NCBI GenBank assembly: GCA_963770355.1
Contig: CAVYPL010000014.1
Span: 41,370-105,369 of the forward strand
DNA length: 64,000 nucleotides
Direction: 5' to 3'
Origin: an uncultured Alphaproteobacteria bacterium
GTDB taxonomy: Bacteria; Pseudomonadota; Alphaproteobacteria; Rhizobiales; Xanthobacteraceae
Shown: one piece after another, positions 41,229-51,194 of the stretch
Position numbering within the stretch: the stretch's first letter is position 1
Layout: every line of letters starts with the position of its first letter
Program-made: the position numbers and the translations under genes
The notes under the pieces: generated by a model
Seen by the model: the letters and a program-made list of their open reading frames with translations, nothing else
Databases searched by the model: none
Told to the model about the DNA's origin: nothing

Positions 41229-42461
41229 ATGCCCATGCCGATCCAACGCCGCCTCGCAAGCGTATTTCTGAGCCTCGCCGTCGCGGCCGCCACCTCCGGC
41301 GCGGCACTGGCCCAGAAGAAATACGACACCGGCGCCAGCGACACCGAAATCAAGATCGGCAACATCGTGCCCTATAGCGGTCCGGCGTCGGCTTACGGCG
41401 TGGTCGGCAAGGCGATGGGCGCGGTGTTCAAGAAGGTGAACGACGACGGCGGCATCAACGGGCGCAAGATCAATTTCATCTCCTACGACGATGCCTATAG
41501 CCCGCCGAAGGCGGTCGAACAGGCGCGCAAGCTGATCGAGAGCGACGAGGTGCTGCTGCTGTTCGGCACTCTGGGTACCGCCTCCAACACCGCAATCCAG
41601 AAATACGTCAACAGCAAGAAGGTGCCGCAACTGTTCGTCGCCACCGGCGCCACCAAATGGAACGACCCGAAGAACTTTCCCTGGACCATGGGCTGGCTGC
41701 CCAGTTACCAGAGCGAGTCCCGCATCTACGCAAAGTTCCTGACAAAGGAGAAGCCGGCGGCCAAGATCGCCGTGCTCTACCAGAACGACGATATGGGCAA
41801 GGACTATCTGAAAGGCCTGAAGGACGGCCTCGCCAGCGACGCCTCACGCATCGTCGCAGAAGAGAGTTACGAAGTGGCGGAGCCGACCATCGACTCGCAC
41901 GTGGTGCGGCTGAAATCGTCCAATCCCGATATCATCATCTTCTTCACGACGCCGAAGTTCGGCGCGCAGGCTATCAAGAAGGTCGGCGAGATGAACTGGA
42001 AGCCGGTCACGATCATATCCAACGTCTCGGCCTCGACCGCGACCGTGATGCGGCCCGCAGGCCTCGACAATTCGCAAGGGGTGATCTCGGCGGCTTACGC
42101 CAAGGACGTCAGCGATCCCCAGTGGAACAACGATCCCGGCATCAAGGCCTTTGACGAGTTGTTGGCAAAATATCTGCCGGAAACCAACCGCGTCGATGCG
42201 TCCGCCATGACCGGCTATAACATGGCGACGACGATGGTCGAGGTGCTCAGGAAATGCGGTGATAACCTGACCCGCGAGAACGTCATGAAGCAGGCTGCAA
42301 GCCTCAAGCAGTTGCCGCAGGGCGGTCTGCTTCCCGGCATCACACTCTCCACCGGCCCCGATGATTTCCAGCCGATCGAGCAACTGCAGATGATGCAGTT
42401 CAAGGGCGAACGCTGGCAGTTGTTCGGCGACGTCATCAGCGGCGAACTGGTCGGCAACTGA
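41229..42461 (+). CDS. periplasmic substrate-binding protein, tandem paralog 4
   Basis: ORF 41088..42461, with the ATG at 41229 (MPMPIQRRLASVFLSLAVAAATSGAALA-QKKYD). No terminator is visible before the next gene. Confidence 0.9.
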   Translation: MPMPIQRRLASVFLSLAVAAATSGAALAQKKYDTGASDTEIKIGNIVPYSGPASAYGVVGKAMGAVFKKVNDDGGINGRKINFISYDDAYSPPKAVEQARKLIESDEVLLLFGTLGTASNTAIQKYVNSKKVPQLFVATGATKWNDPKNFPWTMGWLPSYQSESRIYAKFLTKEKPAAKIAVLYQNDDMGKDYLKGLKDGLASDASRIVAEESYEVAEPTIDSHVVRLKSSNPDIIIFFTTPKFGAQAIKKVGEMNWKPVTIISNVSASTATVMRPAGLDNSQGVISAAYAKDVSDPQWNNDPGIKAFDELLAKYLPETNRVDASAMTGYNMATTMVEVLRKCGDNLTRENVMKQAASLKQLPQGGLLPGITLSTGPDDFQPIEQLQMMQFKGERWQLFGDVISGELVGN

Positions 42462-42489
42462 ATTTACTTCGGCTCACGAAAGCAAAGCG

Positions 42490-43770
42490 ATGACAGACCG
42501 CCGCCCTCTCCTGCGCGCCATCTTTGACGCAGCCGTTGCTGCCGCGCATCCCGAAATCGTGCTGTCGGCGCATTTGCGTCCCGCGCCGAAAGGCCGGGTG
42601 ATCTGCCTCGCCGCCGGCAAGGGTGCGGCGGCGATGGCGGCGGCCGCCGAGCGGCATTATCTCGATACGCTCGGCCTCGACCCGGAGCGCCTCAGTGGCA
42701 TCGCCACCACCCGCCACGGCCATGGTGTGCCGACGCGCCGGATCAGGGTGGTCGAGGCCGGCCATCCCGTGCCCGACGAAGCCGGGCTGAAAGCCGCCGA
42801 CGACACGCTGCGGCTGGCGGCGGAGGCAACCGCGGACGATCTGCTGCTCGTCCTGCTGTCCGGCGGCGGCTCGGCGAACTGGATCGCGCCGGTGGAAGGC
42901 GTGTCGTTTGCGCAGAAGCAACAGGTCAACCGCGCGCTGTTGCGTTCGGGTGCGCCGATCGGCGAGGTCAACACTGTCCGCAAGCATTTGTCGCGGATCA
43001 AGGGCGGCCGGTTGGCGCGCGCCGGGAAACTGGCCGAAATCGTCACGCTGGCGATCTCGGATGTGCCACACGACGATCCCTCAGCGATTGCCTCAGGCCC
43101 GACGGTGCCGGATCCGACCACGCTGGCGGACGCCCGCGCGCTGGTCGCAAGATATGATCTGAAGATCGACGATGCGGTCAGGCGCGCGCTCGACGACCCC
43201 GGAAACGAAAGCTGCAAGCCCGGAGATCCCGCCTTCGCCCGCGCGCAATTCGAGCTGATCGCAAGACCAAAAGCCTCGCTGGATGCTGCGATCAAAATTG
43301 CAGAGGACGCAGGCTATGCGATCATCGATCTCGGCGCCGACCTTGAGGGTGAGGCGCGCGACGTCGCGGCCGATCACGCGCGGCTGGCGTTGCAAGCGCG
43401 CAGCGAAGGCAAGCGCACAGCGATCCTGTCGGGCGGCGAACTCACCGTGACCGTGCGCGGCAATGGCCACGGCGGCCCCAACCAGGAATACGCGCTGGCG
43501 CTGGCAGACCTGCTCAAGGACACATCAGGCGTCTCGGCTTTGGCGGCGGATACCGATGGCGCCGACGGCGGCGCCGGCAGCGCGAGCGATCCCGCGGGTG
43601 CGGTGATTGATCATGCGACCTTTGCAAAGATGAAATCGCTCGGCCTCGACCCCAAACCCTATCTCGCCAACAACGACGCCACGGCGTTCTTTGAGGCCAC
43701 CGGCGATTTGCTGCTGACCGGGCCGACGCTGACCAATGTCAACGATGTCAGGGTGATTTTGGTGGATTGA
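42490..43770 (+). CDS. glycerate 2-kinase / hydroxypyruvate reductase-annotated family (DUF4147 + MOFRL, TtuD-like)
   Basis: 426 aa. Motifs are LAAGKGAAAMA, VRKHLSRIKGG, GGELTVTV and the C-terminal TNVNDVRVILV. Confidence 0.85.
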   Translation: MTDRRPLLRAIFDAAVAAAHPEIVLSAHLRPAPKGRVICLAAGKGAAAMAAAAERHYLDTLGLDPERLSGIATTRHGHGVPTRRIRVVEAGHPVPDEAGLKAADDTLRLAAEATADDLLLVLLSGGGSANWIAPVEGVSFAQKQQVNRALLRSGAPIGEVNTVRKHLSRIKGGRLARAGKLAEIVTLAISDVPHDDPSAIASGPTVPDPTTLADARALVARYDLKIDDAVRRALDDPGNESCKPGDPAFARAQFELIARPKASLDAAIKIAEDAGYAIIDLGADLEGEARDVAADHARLALQARSEGKRTAILSGGELTVTVRGNGHGGPNQEYALALADLLKDTSGVSALAADTDGADGGAGSASDPAGAVIDHATFAKMKSLGLDPKPYLANNDATAFFEATGDLLLTGPTLTNVNDVRVILVD

Positions 43771-43774
43771 GCCA

Positions 43775-43905
43775 CCGTCATGATGAGGAGCGCGTCTTTG
43801 CGCGCCTCCGGACGATGCTCCGCATCGCCGGGCGAACCATAGCCCCAATCCCGATGCCGCCATCCTTCGAGACGCCGCTTCGCGGCTCCTCAGGATGAGG
43901 ACTGC
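43775..43905. repeat. long REP-like element (ccgtcatgatgaggagcg ... cggctcctcaggatgagg)
   Basis: The outer arms are inverted. It lies between the convergent glycerate kinase and MarR genes. Confidence 0.5.
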
Positions 43906-43909
43906 CGCC

Positions 43910-44443
43910 TCAAAACTCCCGCGCGATCTTCGACAGCATTTCGAGCAATGCGGTGCGATTGGCGGGTCCGAGCAATTCGCTCAACCGCGCCTCGTGCTTG
44001 GTGGCGACGAGCTTTTTGGCGCGCGCCAGCACCGCGCGACCCTTGTCGGTCAGAACCAGGATGTGAGAGCGGCGGTCATTGGTCGAGCGCATCCGGGCGC
44101 AGAGATCGCGGCTCTCCAGCCCGTCGAGCATCGCCACGAAATTCGGCCGCAGGATGCCGAGCGTGTTGGCGATCTCGGTCTGGTTGCGGCCGGGATTCTT
44201 GTCGAGCAGCAGCAGCACCGAGAATTGCGCCGGCGTCAGTTGCAGCGGCGCGACACAGCGCAAAAAGTCCTCGAAGATTTTCAGCTGCGCGCGCTTCAGC
44301 GAATAGCCGAGCAGTTCGGACAATTCGCCCATCTGCAGCGCGGTTGCTTCCACGGCCTCGATAGGTTCCTTGGGGGATTCCTTGAGGGATTCCTTGGGGC
44401 GGGAAAGCTTGACGGCGTCAGTGGCCGCCTTGGAAACTGTCAT
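43910..44443 (-). CDS. MarR family transcriptional regulator (CouR-like position)
   Basis: 177 aa with a winged HTH (LTPAQFSVLLLLDKNPGRNQTEIANTLGILRPNFVAMLDGLE). It is divergent from the ABC importer genes. Confidence 0.85.
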   Translation of the reverse strand: MTVSKAATDAVKLSRPKESLKESPKEPIEAVEATALQMGELSELLGYSLKRAQLKIFEDFLRCVAPLQLTPAQFSVLLLLDKNPGRNQTEIANTLGILRPNFVAMLDGLESRDLCARMRSTNDRRSHILVLTDKGRAVLARAKKLVATKHEARLSELLGPANRTALLEMLSKIAREF

Positions 44444-44498
44444 CGCTCGAGGCTCGCAATCCCGATAGAAAGGTCCGGCCGGCAGTCCGGGCCTTGAT

Positions 44499-44558
44499 GT
44501 TATAATTGATAATTGTTATTCAATATATCAAATATCGGCGCTTTTCAACCGCCGATAT
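44499..44558. promoter_or_regulatory. candidate operator region: GTTATaattgATAAT, GTTATtcaatATATC and IR atatcggcg-N9-cgccgatat
   Basis: AT-only pseudo-palindromes lie at 44499..44513 and 44515..44529. A perfect 9-bp inverted repeat spans 44532..44558. All sit in the MarR / ABC divergent gap. Confidence 0.4.
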
Positions 44559-44632
44559 CGGACGGCCGATCGCACAGGGTCGCGCCCGGCTCTACGCCTG
44601 AGGGGGAGCGCCAGGTCTTGAATACGACGATC

Positions 44633-45658
44633 ATGCTGTTCCTGCTGCAGGACGGCATCACCAATGGCGCGATCTATGCGTTGCTGGGGCTTGCACTGGT
44701 GCTGGTGTTTGCCGTCACGCGCGTCATCCTGATCCCGCAGGGCGAATTCGTCACCTATGGCGCGCTGAGCTACGCCATGCTGGCCACCGGCCAGGTGCCG
44801 GGCACGGCGCGGTTGGCAATGGCCATGGGCGTGGTTGCTTTCGCCCTCGACCTTTTCGCTGCACGCAAATCGTTACGGCTACGGTTCCTAGCGCGGGCGG
44901 CTGCGATCAACATCCTCTTCCCTGCCGTGATCCTGGCTCTGACCTATTCGCTCGCCGGCCCCAAGACGCCGATTGCGGTCAACATCGCGCTGGCGCTGCT
45001 GATCGTCGCGGCGATCGGATTGTTCCTGTACCGGATCGCGTTTCAGCCGATCGCGCATACTTCGGTGCTGGTGCTGCTGATCGCCTCCGTCGGCTGCCAT
45101 CTCGCGCTGCAGGGCCTCGGGCTGGTGTTCTTCGGCGCTGAAGGCCTGCGGGGACCGGCGCTGTCGAGCGCAGCACTCACCCTCGGGCCCCTGCGTTTTA
45201 CCGGCCAGAGCATCGCGGTCTATAGCATCACTGTCGCCTTCATCGTCGCGCTGTGGCTGTTCTTCGGCTTCACGTTGATGGGCAAGGCGCTGCGCGCCAC
45301 CGCAGTCAATCGCCTCGGCGCGCGCCTCGTCGGCATACGGACGACACTGTCCGGCCAGATCGCTTTTCTGCTCGCCTCCGTGATCGGCGCGATTTCGGGA
45401 ATCCTGATCGTGCCGATCACGACGCTTTATTACGACACCGGCTTCCTGATCGGCCTCAAGGGATTCATCGCCGCGATCATCGGCGGCTTGGTCAGCTATC
45501 CCCTGACGGCGGTGGCGGCGCTATTGGTCGGCACCGTCGAAGCCTTCTCCTCATTCTATGCCAGCAACTTCAAGGAGGTCATCGTCTTCACGCTGATCCT
45601 TCCCGTGCTGGTGCTGCGTTCACTCGCAGCGCCCGCGGTCGAGGAGGAGAAGGACTGA
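44633..45658 (+). CDS. HAAT-family ABC transporter permease (LivH-like)
   Basis: ORF 44513..45658. The start is the ATG at 44633 (MLFLLQDGITNGAIYALLGL) or the TTG at 44618. Multi-TM. Confidence 0.85.
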   Translation: MLFLLQDGITNGAIYALLGLALVLVFAVTRVILIPQGEFVTYGALSYAMLATGQVPGTARLAMAMGVVAFALDLFAARKSLRLRFLARAAAINILFPAVILALTYSLAGPKTPIAVNIALALLIVAAIGLFLYRIAFQPIAHTSVLVLLIASVGCHLALQGLGLVFFGAEGLRGPALSSAALTLGPLRFTGQSIAVYSITVAFIVALWLFFGFTLMGKALRATAVNRLGARLVGIRTTLSGQIAFLLASVIGAISGILIVPITTLYYDTGFLIGLKGFIAAIIGGLVSYPLTAVAALLVGTVEAFSSFYASNFKEVIVFTLILPVLVLRSLAAPAVEEEKD

Positions 45659-47436
45659 TGGCGATGAACCAGCGGCTTCTTCCTCTTGTCGTCTTCGCGC
45701 TCGTGATGGCGGTGATCCCGTTCATTCCGGGTGTGCCGCCGTTCTGGATCGTGCTGCTCGACAATATCGGCCTCGCGGCGCTGGTGGCGATGGGGCTGGT
45801 GCTCCTGACCGGCGTCGGCGGCCTCACCTCATTTGGCCAGGCGGCCTTTTGCGGCTTCGGCGCCTACACCACGGCGGTGCTGACCACCGCCTATGGCGTG
45901 TCGCCATGGCTGACGCTGCCGCTGTCGCTGCTCGTCAGCGGCATCGCCGCGGTCCTGCTCGGCATCGTCACGGTGCGGCTGTCCGGCCACTATCTGCCGC
46001 TCGGCACCATCGCCTGGGGCATCGGCCTGTTTTATCTGTTCAGCAAGCTGGAGTTCCTCGGCCGTAACGACGGCATCTCCGGCATTCCACCGCTTTCGAT
46101 CGGCTCGTTCAAAATGCTCGATCCCGGCACGATCTATTTCGCGATCTGGATCGCAGTACTGATCTCGGCGATCCTCACCATGAACCTGCTGGACTCCCGT
46201 ACCGGCCGCGCGATCCGCGCACTGCGCCGCGGTCATGTCGCCGGCGAAGCGTTCGGGGTGCAGACACCCAGCGCAAAGCTGCTGGTGTTCATCTACGCGG
46301 CGGTGCTGGCCGGGCTGTCCGGCTGGCTCTATGCGCACTTCCAGCGCGCCGCCAACCCGACGCCATTCGGCGCACAGGCCGGTATCGAATATCTCTTCAT
46401 CGCCGTGGTCGGCGGCGCCGGTTATGTCTGGGGCGCGGTACTCGGCGCCGGCATCGTCGTGATCCTGAAAGAGATATTGCAGAGCTATCTGCCGTATATC
46501 TTTGGCGGCCAGAGCCAGCTCGAGACCATCGTGTTCGGCATCCTGCTGGTGGTTCTGTTGCAACTCGCACCGACCGGCGTCTGGCCGTGGCTGATGGCGC
46601 GGTTGCCGTTCAAGCCGGGCCGAAAGGTCCCTGATACGTCGCTGACCCTGCCGGCGCGTGTACGCGAGCCCGGCGCATCCTCGGTTCTGCTGCACATCGA
46701 GAAAGCGCGCAAGCAATTCGGCGGCGTGATCGCGGTCAACGACGTTTCCTTTGACGTACGGGCCCGAGAGATCGTAGCCCTGATCGGTCCCAACGGCGCC
46801 GGCAAGAGCACGACGTTCAACCTCATTACCGGCGTTCTGACGTCCACCGGCGGCACGATCTCGGTACTCGGCACGAAGGTCGACAACGCGCCGCCGCAGG
46901 AAGTGGTCAAGCTCGGCGTCAGCAGAACCTTCCAGCACGTCAAGCTGGTGCCCGACATGACCGTGCTGGAGAATGTTGCAATCGGCGCGCATCTGCGCGG
47001 ACATGCCGGCGCGCTCGCCAGCATGTTCCGGCTCGACCGCGCCGACGAGGCAAGGTTGCTGGCGGAAGCTGCACGCCAGATCGAGCGCGTCGGCCTCGGC
47101 GACCAGATCGACCAACTGGCGGGAAGCCTGTCGCTCGGCCAGCAGCGCATCGTCGAGATCGCGCGTGCGCTATGCGTCGATCCGCTGCTGCTATTGCTCG
47201 ACGAGCCCGCCGCCGGATTGCGTCACCTGGAGAAGCAGCGACTTGCAGCGCTGCTTCGTCAATTGCGCGACGGCGGCATGTCGGTGCTGCTGGTCGAACA
47301 CGACATGGGTTTTGTGATGGACCTCGCCGATCGTGTCGTGGTGCTCGATTTCGGCACCAAGATTGCCGAGGGCACGCCAGCCGCGATCAAGACCAATCCT
47401 GATGTGATCAAGGCCTATCTCGGAGCGACCGCATGA
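45658..47436 (+). CDS. fused HAAT-family permease (LivM-like) / ATP-binding protein (LivG-like)
   Basis: 592 aa from the ATG at 45658, with an ATGA overlap. The N-terminal ~330 aa are multi-TM. The C-terminal part carries Walker [10 protein letters not shown], the signature LSLGQQRIV and [10 protein letters not shown]. Confidence 0.85.
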   Translation: MAMNQRLLPLVVFALVMAVIPFIPGVPPFWIVLLDNIGLAALVAMGLVLLTGVGGLTSFGQAAFCGFGAYTTAVLTTAYGVSPWLTLPLSLLVSGIAAVLLGIVTVRLSGHYLPLGTIAWGIGLFYLFSKLEFLGRNDGISGIPPLSIGSFKMLDPGTIYFAIWIAVLISAILTMNLLDSRTGRAIRALRRGHVAGEAFGVQTPSAKLLVFIYAAVLAGLSGWLYAHFQRAANPTPFGAQAGIEYLFIAVVGGAGYVWGAVLGAGIVVILKEILQSYLPYIFGGQSQLETIVFGILLVVLLQLAPTGVWPWLMARLPFKPGRKVPDTSLTLPARVREPGASSVLLHIEKARKQFGGVIAVNDVSFDVRAREIVALIGPNGAGKSTTFNLITGVLTSTGGTISVLGTKVDNAPPQEVVKLGVSRTFQHVKLVPDMTVLENVAIGAHLRGHAGALASMFRLDRADEARLLAEAARQIERVGLGDQIDQLAGSLSLGQQRIVEIARALCVDPLLLLLDEPAAGLRHLEKQRLAALLRQLRDGGMSVLLVEHDMGFVMDLADRVVVLDFGTKIAEGTPAAIKTNPDVIKAYLGATA

Positions 47437-48164
47437 GCGCGCTGTTGTCGGTCTCCGACGTCCATGTCGCCTACGGCAAGGTCGAAGCCGTGCGCTCCGT
47501 GTCGCTCGACGTCGCGGCCAACGAGATCGTCACCATCATCGGCGCTAATGGCGCCGGCAAGACCACGCTGCTGAACGCCATCATGGGCATCCTGCCACTG
47601 ACGGGTCGTGCTGCTTTCGCAGGCGAGGACATGGCGCCGCTCGATATCGAGGATCGCGTCGCAGCGGGCCTGAGCCTCGTGCCCGAGCATCGCGAGCTGT
47701 TCGCCACCATGAATGTCGAGGACAATCTGCAGCTCGGTGCGTTCCGAGTCGCCAAGGCGGCCGCCGCAAAGTCGTTCGAACGCGTCTACACGCTGTTTCC
47801 GCGGCTGAAGGAACGGCGCAAGCAACTGGCCGGCACGCTCTCCGGCGGCGAGCAGCAGATGCTGGCGATGGGCCGTGCGCTGATGGGGGCACCCAAACTG
47901 CTGATGCTGGACGAGCCGAGCCTTGGTCTCGCACCCATCATTGTCGCCGACATTTTTCGCACTATCGGCGAACTCCGCACCGCCGGCGTATCGGTGCTGC
48001 TGGTCGAACAGAACGCGCAAGCCGCGCTCAAGATCGCCGACCGCGCCTATGTGATGGAGCTCGGCGAGTTCATCTTGAGCGGACCGGCAAAGGACATCGC
48101 AGCCAACCAGCGCGTGGCGGCAAGCTATCTCGGTTTTCAACACGAAGGCGGGAGTGCGATCTAG
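47433..48164 (+). CDS. HAAT-family ABC transporter ATP-binding protein (LivF-like)
   Basis: 243 aa with an ATGA overlap. GANGAGKTT, LSGGEQQML and LLMLDEPS are present. Confidence 0.9.
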   Translation: MSALLSVSDVHVAYGKVEAVRSVSLDVAANEIVTIIGANGAGKTTLLNAIMGILPLTGRAAFAGEDMAPLDIEDRVAAGLSLVPEHRELFATMNVEDNLQLGAFRVAKAAAAKSFERVYTLFPRLKERRKQLAGTLSGGEQQMLAMGRALMGAPKLLMLDEPSLGLAPIIVADIFRTIGELRTAGVSVLLVEQNAQAALKIADRAYVMELGEFILSGPAKDIAANQRVAASYLGFQHEGGSAI

Positions 48165-48333
48165 CGTTGCCGATCACCAGCTAACAAACCGGAGGGGGTG
48201 GCCGCAAAAAATCCACGGGGTCACGCGCAAAGTAGCGCTTCCACGCATGGCTCGAAGTTCGTAAGGATGAGGTCAAGTGGCCCTGAGGACGCTAAGCGCC
48301 AATGGACTTGCAATCACAGGGAGTGAGTACCTC

Positions 48334-49422
48334 ATGAAACGCCGTACGTTCCTCAAAGGCAGCGCCGTGGTCGGCGCGACGACGCTGGTCGCAGCACCTG
48401 CGATTGCCCAATCGGCGCCCGAGATCAAGTGGCGCTTGACTTCGAGCTTTCCGAAATCGCTCGATACCATCTTCGGTACGGCGCAGACCTTTGCGAAATA
48501 CGTGGCCGATGCCACCGACAACAAGTTTCAGATCCAGACGTTTGCCGCAGGCGAGATCGTGCCCGGCTTGCAGGCGCTCGATTCCGTGAGCACCGCGACC
48601 GTCGAGATGGCGCAGACGCCGCTCTATTTCTACATCGGCAAGGAGCCGGCGCTTGCCTATGCGACGGGCGTGCCTTTCGGCATGAACCATCGCCATCAGC
48701 ATTCCTGGTGGACATTCGGCGGCGGCGACGAACTCGTCAACGAAGCCCTGAAACCATTCAAGGCGCATGCCATCCTGTGCGGCAACTCCGGCACGCAAAT
48801 GGGCGGCTGGTTCCGCAAGGAGATCAAGACGGTCGACGATCTCAAAGGCCTCAAGTTCCGCATCGCCGGCATGGGCGGCCACGTTCTGGCAAGGCTCGGC
48901 ATCGTGCCGCAGCAGATAGCGGGCGGTGACGTCTATTCGGCGCTCGAGAAGGGTTCAATCGATGCCGCGGAGTTCGTCGGTCCCTACGATGATGAGAAGC
49001 TCGGTTTCTACAAGGTGGCGAAGTACTACTACTTCCCCGGCTGGTGGGAAGGCGGGGCGATGCTGCACATGATCGTGAACGAAGAGAAGTGGAATTCGCT
49101 TCCCAAGCAATACCAGTCGATCCTCAACCAGGCCGGCGCGGCGGCAGGCTCGTGGATGATCGAGAAATATGACAGCGTAAATCCTGCCGCCCTGAAGCGG
49201 CTGATCGCAGGCGGGGCAGAGCTGCGTGCGTTTCCGCAGCCGGTCATGGAAGCCAGCTATAACGCCACCCAGGACCATCTGAACGAGATCGCCGAGAAGA
49301 GCCCGATCTTCAAGAAGACAAAAGAGAGCCACGACGCCTACATGAAGGAAGTGCTCTTCTACACGCAGATCGCGGAAAACTATTACGACAACTACCTGCT
49401 CGGTAAAATGCGCAAGGGCTGA
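48334..49422 (+). CDS. TRAP-type (DctP family, Tat-exported) periplasmic solute-binding protein, no adjacent membrane subunits
   Basis: ORF 48277..49422, with the ATG at 48334. The Tat signal is MKRRTFLKGSAVVGATTLVAAPAIA. IKWRLTSSFPKSLD is typical of the mannitol/chloroaromatic-type TRAP binding proteins. Confidence 0.8.
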   Translation: MKRRTFLKGSAVVGATTLVAAPAIAQSAPEIKWRLTSSFPKSLDTIFGTAQTFAKYVADATDNKFQIQTFAAGEIVPGLQALDSVSTATVEMAQTPLYFYIGKEPALAYATGVPFGMNHRHQHSWWTFGGGDELVNEALKPFKAHAILCGNSGTQMGGWFRKEIKTVDDLKGLKFRIAGMGGHVLARLGIVPQQIAGGDVYSALEKGSIDAAEFVGPYDDEKLGFYKVAKYYYFPGWWEGGAMLHMIVNEEKWNSLPKQYQSILNQAGAAAGSWMIEKYDSVNPAALKRLIAGGAELRAFPQPVMEASYNATQDHLNEIAEKSPIFKKTKESHDAYMKEVLFYTQIAENYYDNYLLGKMRKG

Positions 49423-49452
49423 GTGCACCCGATCGGAGCCAGCCAGCGCCAA

Positions 49453-49493
49453 GAAAAAAGCCGGCCTCGTAGCAGAGGCCGGCTTTAATTTTT
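49453..49493. terminator. bidirectional rho-independent terminator
   Basis: A 9-bp stem gccggcctc / gaggccggc is flanked by an A-run upstream and a T-run downstream. It lies between convergent genes. Confidence 0.75.
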
Positions 49494-49516
49494 GGCGATT
49501 TGAAAGCGAACTCGCC

Positions 49517-50668
49517 TTACATCGCCGGAACGTACTTGCCGTCCTTCACCGTCAAAATGATCCGCGAGCGGTCATCGAGGCCGTAGCGATCCTTTTCGGT
49601 GAAGTTGTAGACACCCTGGCTGGCGGCGATGTCGCGTTCGCTGAGCAGGGCCTGACGGATTGCTTCGCGGAATTCCGGCGTTCCCGGTTTCGTCGTCTTC
49701 AGTGCAACCGGGATGACGCGCTTGAGCACCTCGAACGCGTCGTAGGAATGGCCGGCGAACTGGCTGCGGCTGTTCGCGCCGTACTTTGCTTCATAGGCGG
49801 TGTTGAGCGCGAGCCCGGGCTTCTTGGTCAGCGCGCTGTCGGGCTGGGTTTCCGGCGACATCACCGGCCCCGATGCCATGATCACGCCTTCGGCCGCTGG
49901 CCCTGCGATACGGATGAAATCCATGCTGGCAGCGCCGTGGGTCTGATAGATCAGGCCCTTGTAGCCGCGCTCGCGCAGCGCGGACTGCGGCAAGGCCGCC
50001 GCGGTGCCGGAGGCGCCAACGAGGATCGCGTCGGGATTGGCGGCGACGAGTTTCAGCACCTGGCCCGCGACCGAGGTATCGGGACGGGCGAAACGCTCCT
50101 CGTCGATCATGGTCAATCCCAGCGGCACGGCCTGCGCCTTGAAGTCATTGACCCAGAGATCGCCGTAGGAATCAGAGTAGCCGATATAGCCGACGGTCTT
50201 GATCGCGTGCGCCTTCATGTGCTCGTACAGCACCTTGCCCATGATCGGGATCGGCTGCGGCATGCTGACCGACCACTTTGCGCGCGCTTCGGTGATCGGG
50301 AAGGGCGCCAGTCCGAAATGCGGAATGCCGGCTTCGTTGGCGACGGTAGAAACCGCGACCGTCGGCGGCGTGGTGGACGACCCCATGATGACGTCGGCCT
50401 TGGATTCGGTCACGAAGCGCCGGGCGTTGGTGGTGGCGTTGGTCGGATCGCCGCCGTCATCGAGCACGATCACCTTCAGTGGCACGCCGCCGATTTCCTT
50501 CGGTACGAAGTCGAGCGAGTTGCGCTCGGGGATGCCGAGAGCCGCCGCCGGGCCGGTGGTCGTGACGCTGATGCCGATGACGATCTCGTTGGTTTGCGCC
50601 AGCGCCGGCGAACCCGGCAGCGCGAGAGCCGCCACGAATGCTGCGGCGGACAGAAGAGCCTTCTTCAT
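49517..50668 (-). CDS. periplasmic substrate-binding protein (LivK/Peripla_BP_6 type; CouP-like position)
   Basis: 383 aa with a GGGAGGA RBS and a signal peptide ending in ALAQT. Confidence 0.85.
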   Translation of the reverse strand: MKKALLSAAAFVAALALPGSPALAQTNEIVIGISVTTTGPAAALGIPERNSLDFVPKEIGGVPLKVIVLDDGGDPTNATTNARRFVTESKADVIMGSSTTPPTVAVSTVANEAGIPHFGLAPFPITEARAKWSVSMPQPIPIMGKVLYEHMKAHAIKTVGYIGYSDSYGDLWVNDFKAQAVPLGLTMIDEERFARPDTSVAGQVLKLVAANPDAILVGASGTAAALPQSALRERGYKGLIYQTHGAASMDFIRIAGPAAEGVIMASGPVMSPETQPDSALTKKPGLALNTAYEAKYGANSRSQFAGHSYDAFEVLKRVIPVALKTTKPGTPEFREAIRQALLSERDIAASQGVYNFTEKDRYGLDDRSRIILTVKDGKYVPAM

Positions 50669-50765
50669 TCATTCCTCCCTTGAGTATCTTTTTAGAGCAA
50701 ATTTTGATCGTCGATTCAGCCCCTTCTTTAGGTCATGCGGGAGGCCAAGTCAGCCTAATTGAGGC

Positions 50766-51185
50766 TCATCCCCGCATGAACCGCTCGATGATCTCCTGCG
50801 GCATCGGAGCCGATTTCAGCCGTGCGGGGTCGTCCGGATGACGGCCGACCAGCACACGCGTCTCGAATGCCTCGATCGCCAGCGCCTCGCCTTTGAATAC
50901 CTTGTGGGTCACCTCAAAGCTCGAACGCTTGAAGCTCTCGACCCGGCTTTCGATTGCGATCCAGTCGCCATGGGTTGAGGCAATATGGAATTTCGCCCGC
51001 GTATCCACCATGGGTATGCCGACCAGGCCATATTTGTGAATGATGTCCTGTTTGGAAAAACCGGCCGCTTCAAACATGATCGAGGTCGAATCGTCGAACA
51101 TCGCAAAGTAGCGCGGGTAGTAAACGATGTTGGCGGGGTCGCAATCGCCCCACTGTATCTGCACGTCGCGCCGATGAACGAACAT
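50766..51185 (-). CDS. 4HBT-family (YbgC/4-hydroxybenzoyl-CoA thioesterase-like) hotdog thioesterase
   Basis: 139 aa. It has the N-terminal motif VQIQWGDCDPANIVYYPRYF, with the Asp in the expected catalytic position. Confidence 0.75.
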   Translation of the reverse strand: MFVHRRDVQIQWGDCDPANIVYYPRYFAMFDDSTSIMFEAAGFSKQDIIHKYGLVGIPMVDTRAKFHIASTHGDWIAIESRVESFKRSSFEVTHKVFKGEALAIEAFETRVLVGRHPDDPARLKSAPMPQEIIERFMRG

Positions 51186-51194
51186 GGCAATACC

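Noticed and set aside
38096-41630. Similar-looking minus-strand ORFs (38096..38884, 39744..40622, 41076..41630).
   Set aside because: Their mutual similarity only mirrors the paralogy of the plus-strand binding-protein genes that they overlap.
36889-42461. Interpreting the four binding-protein genes as an assembly artefact, that is, a collapsed or expanded repeat.
   Set aside because: The copies are clearly diverged from one another, especially in the C-terminal halves. Each has a distinct intergenic region and terminator, so they are genuine paralogs.
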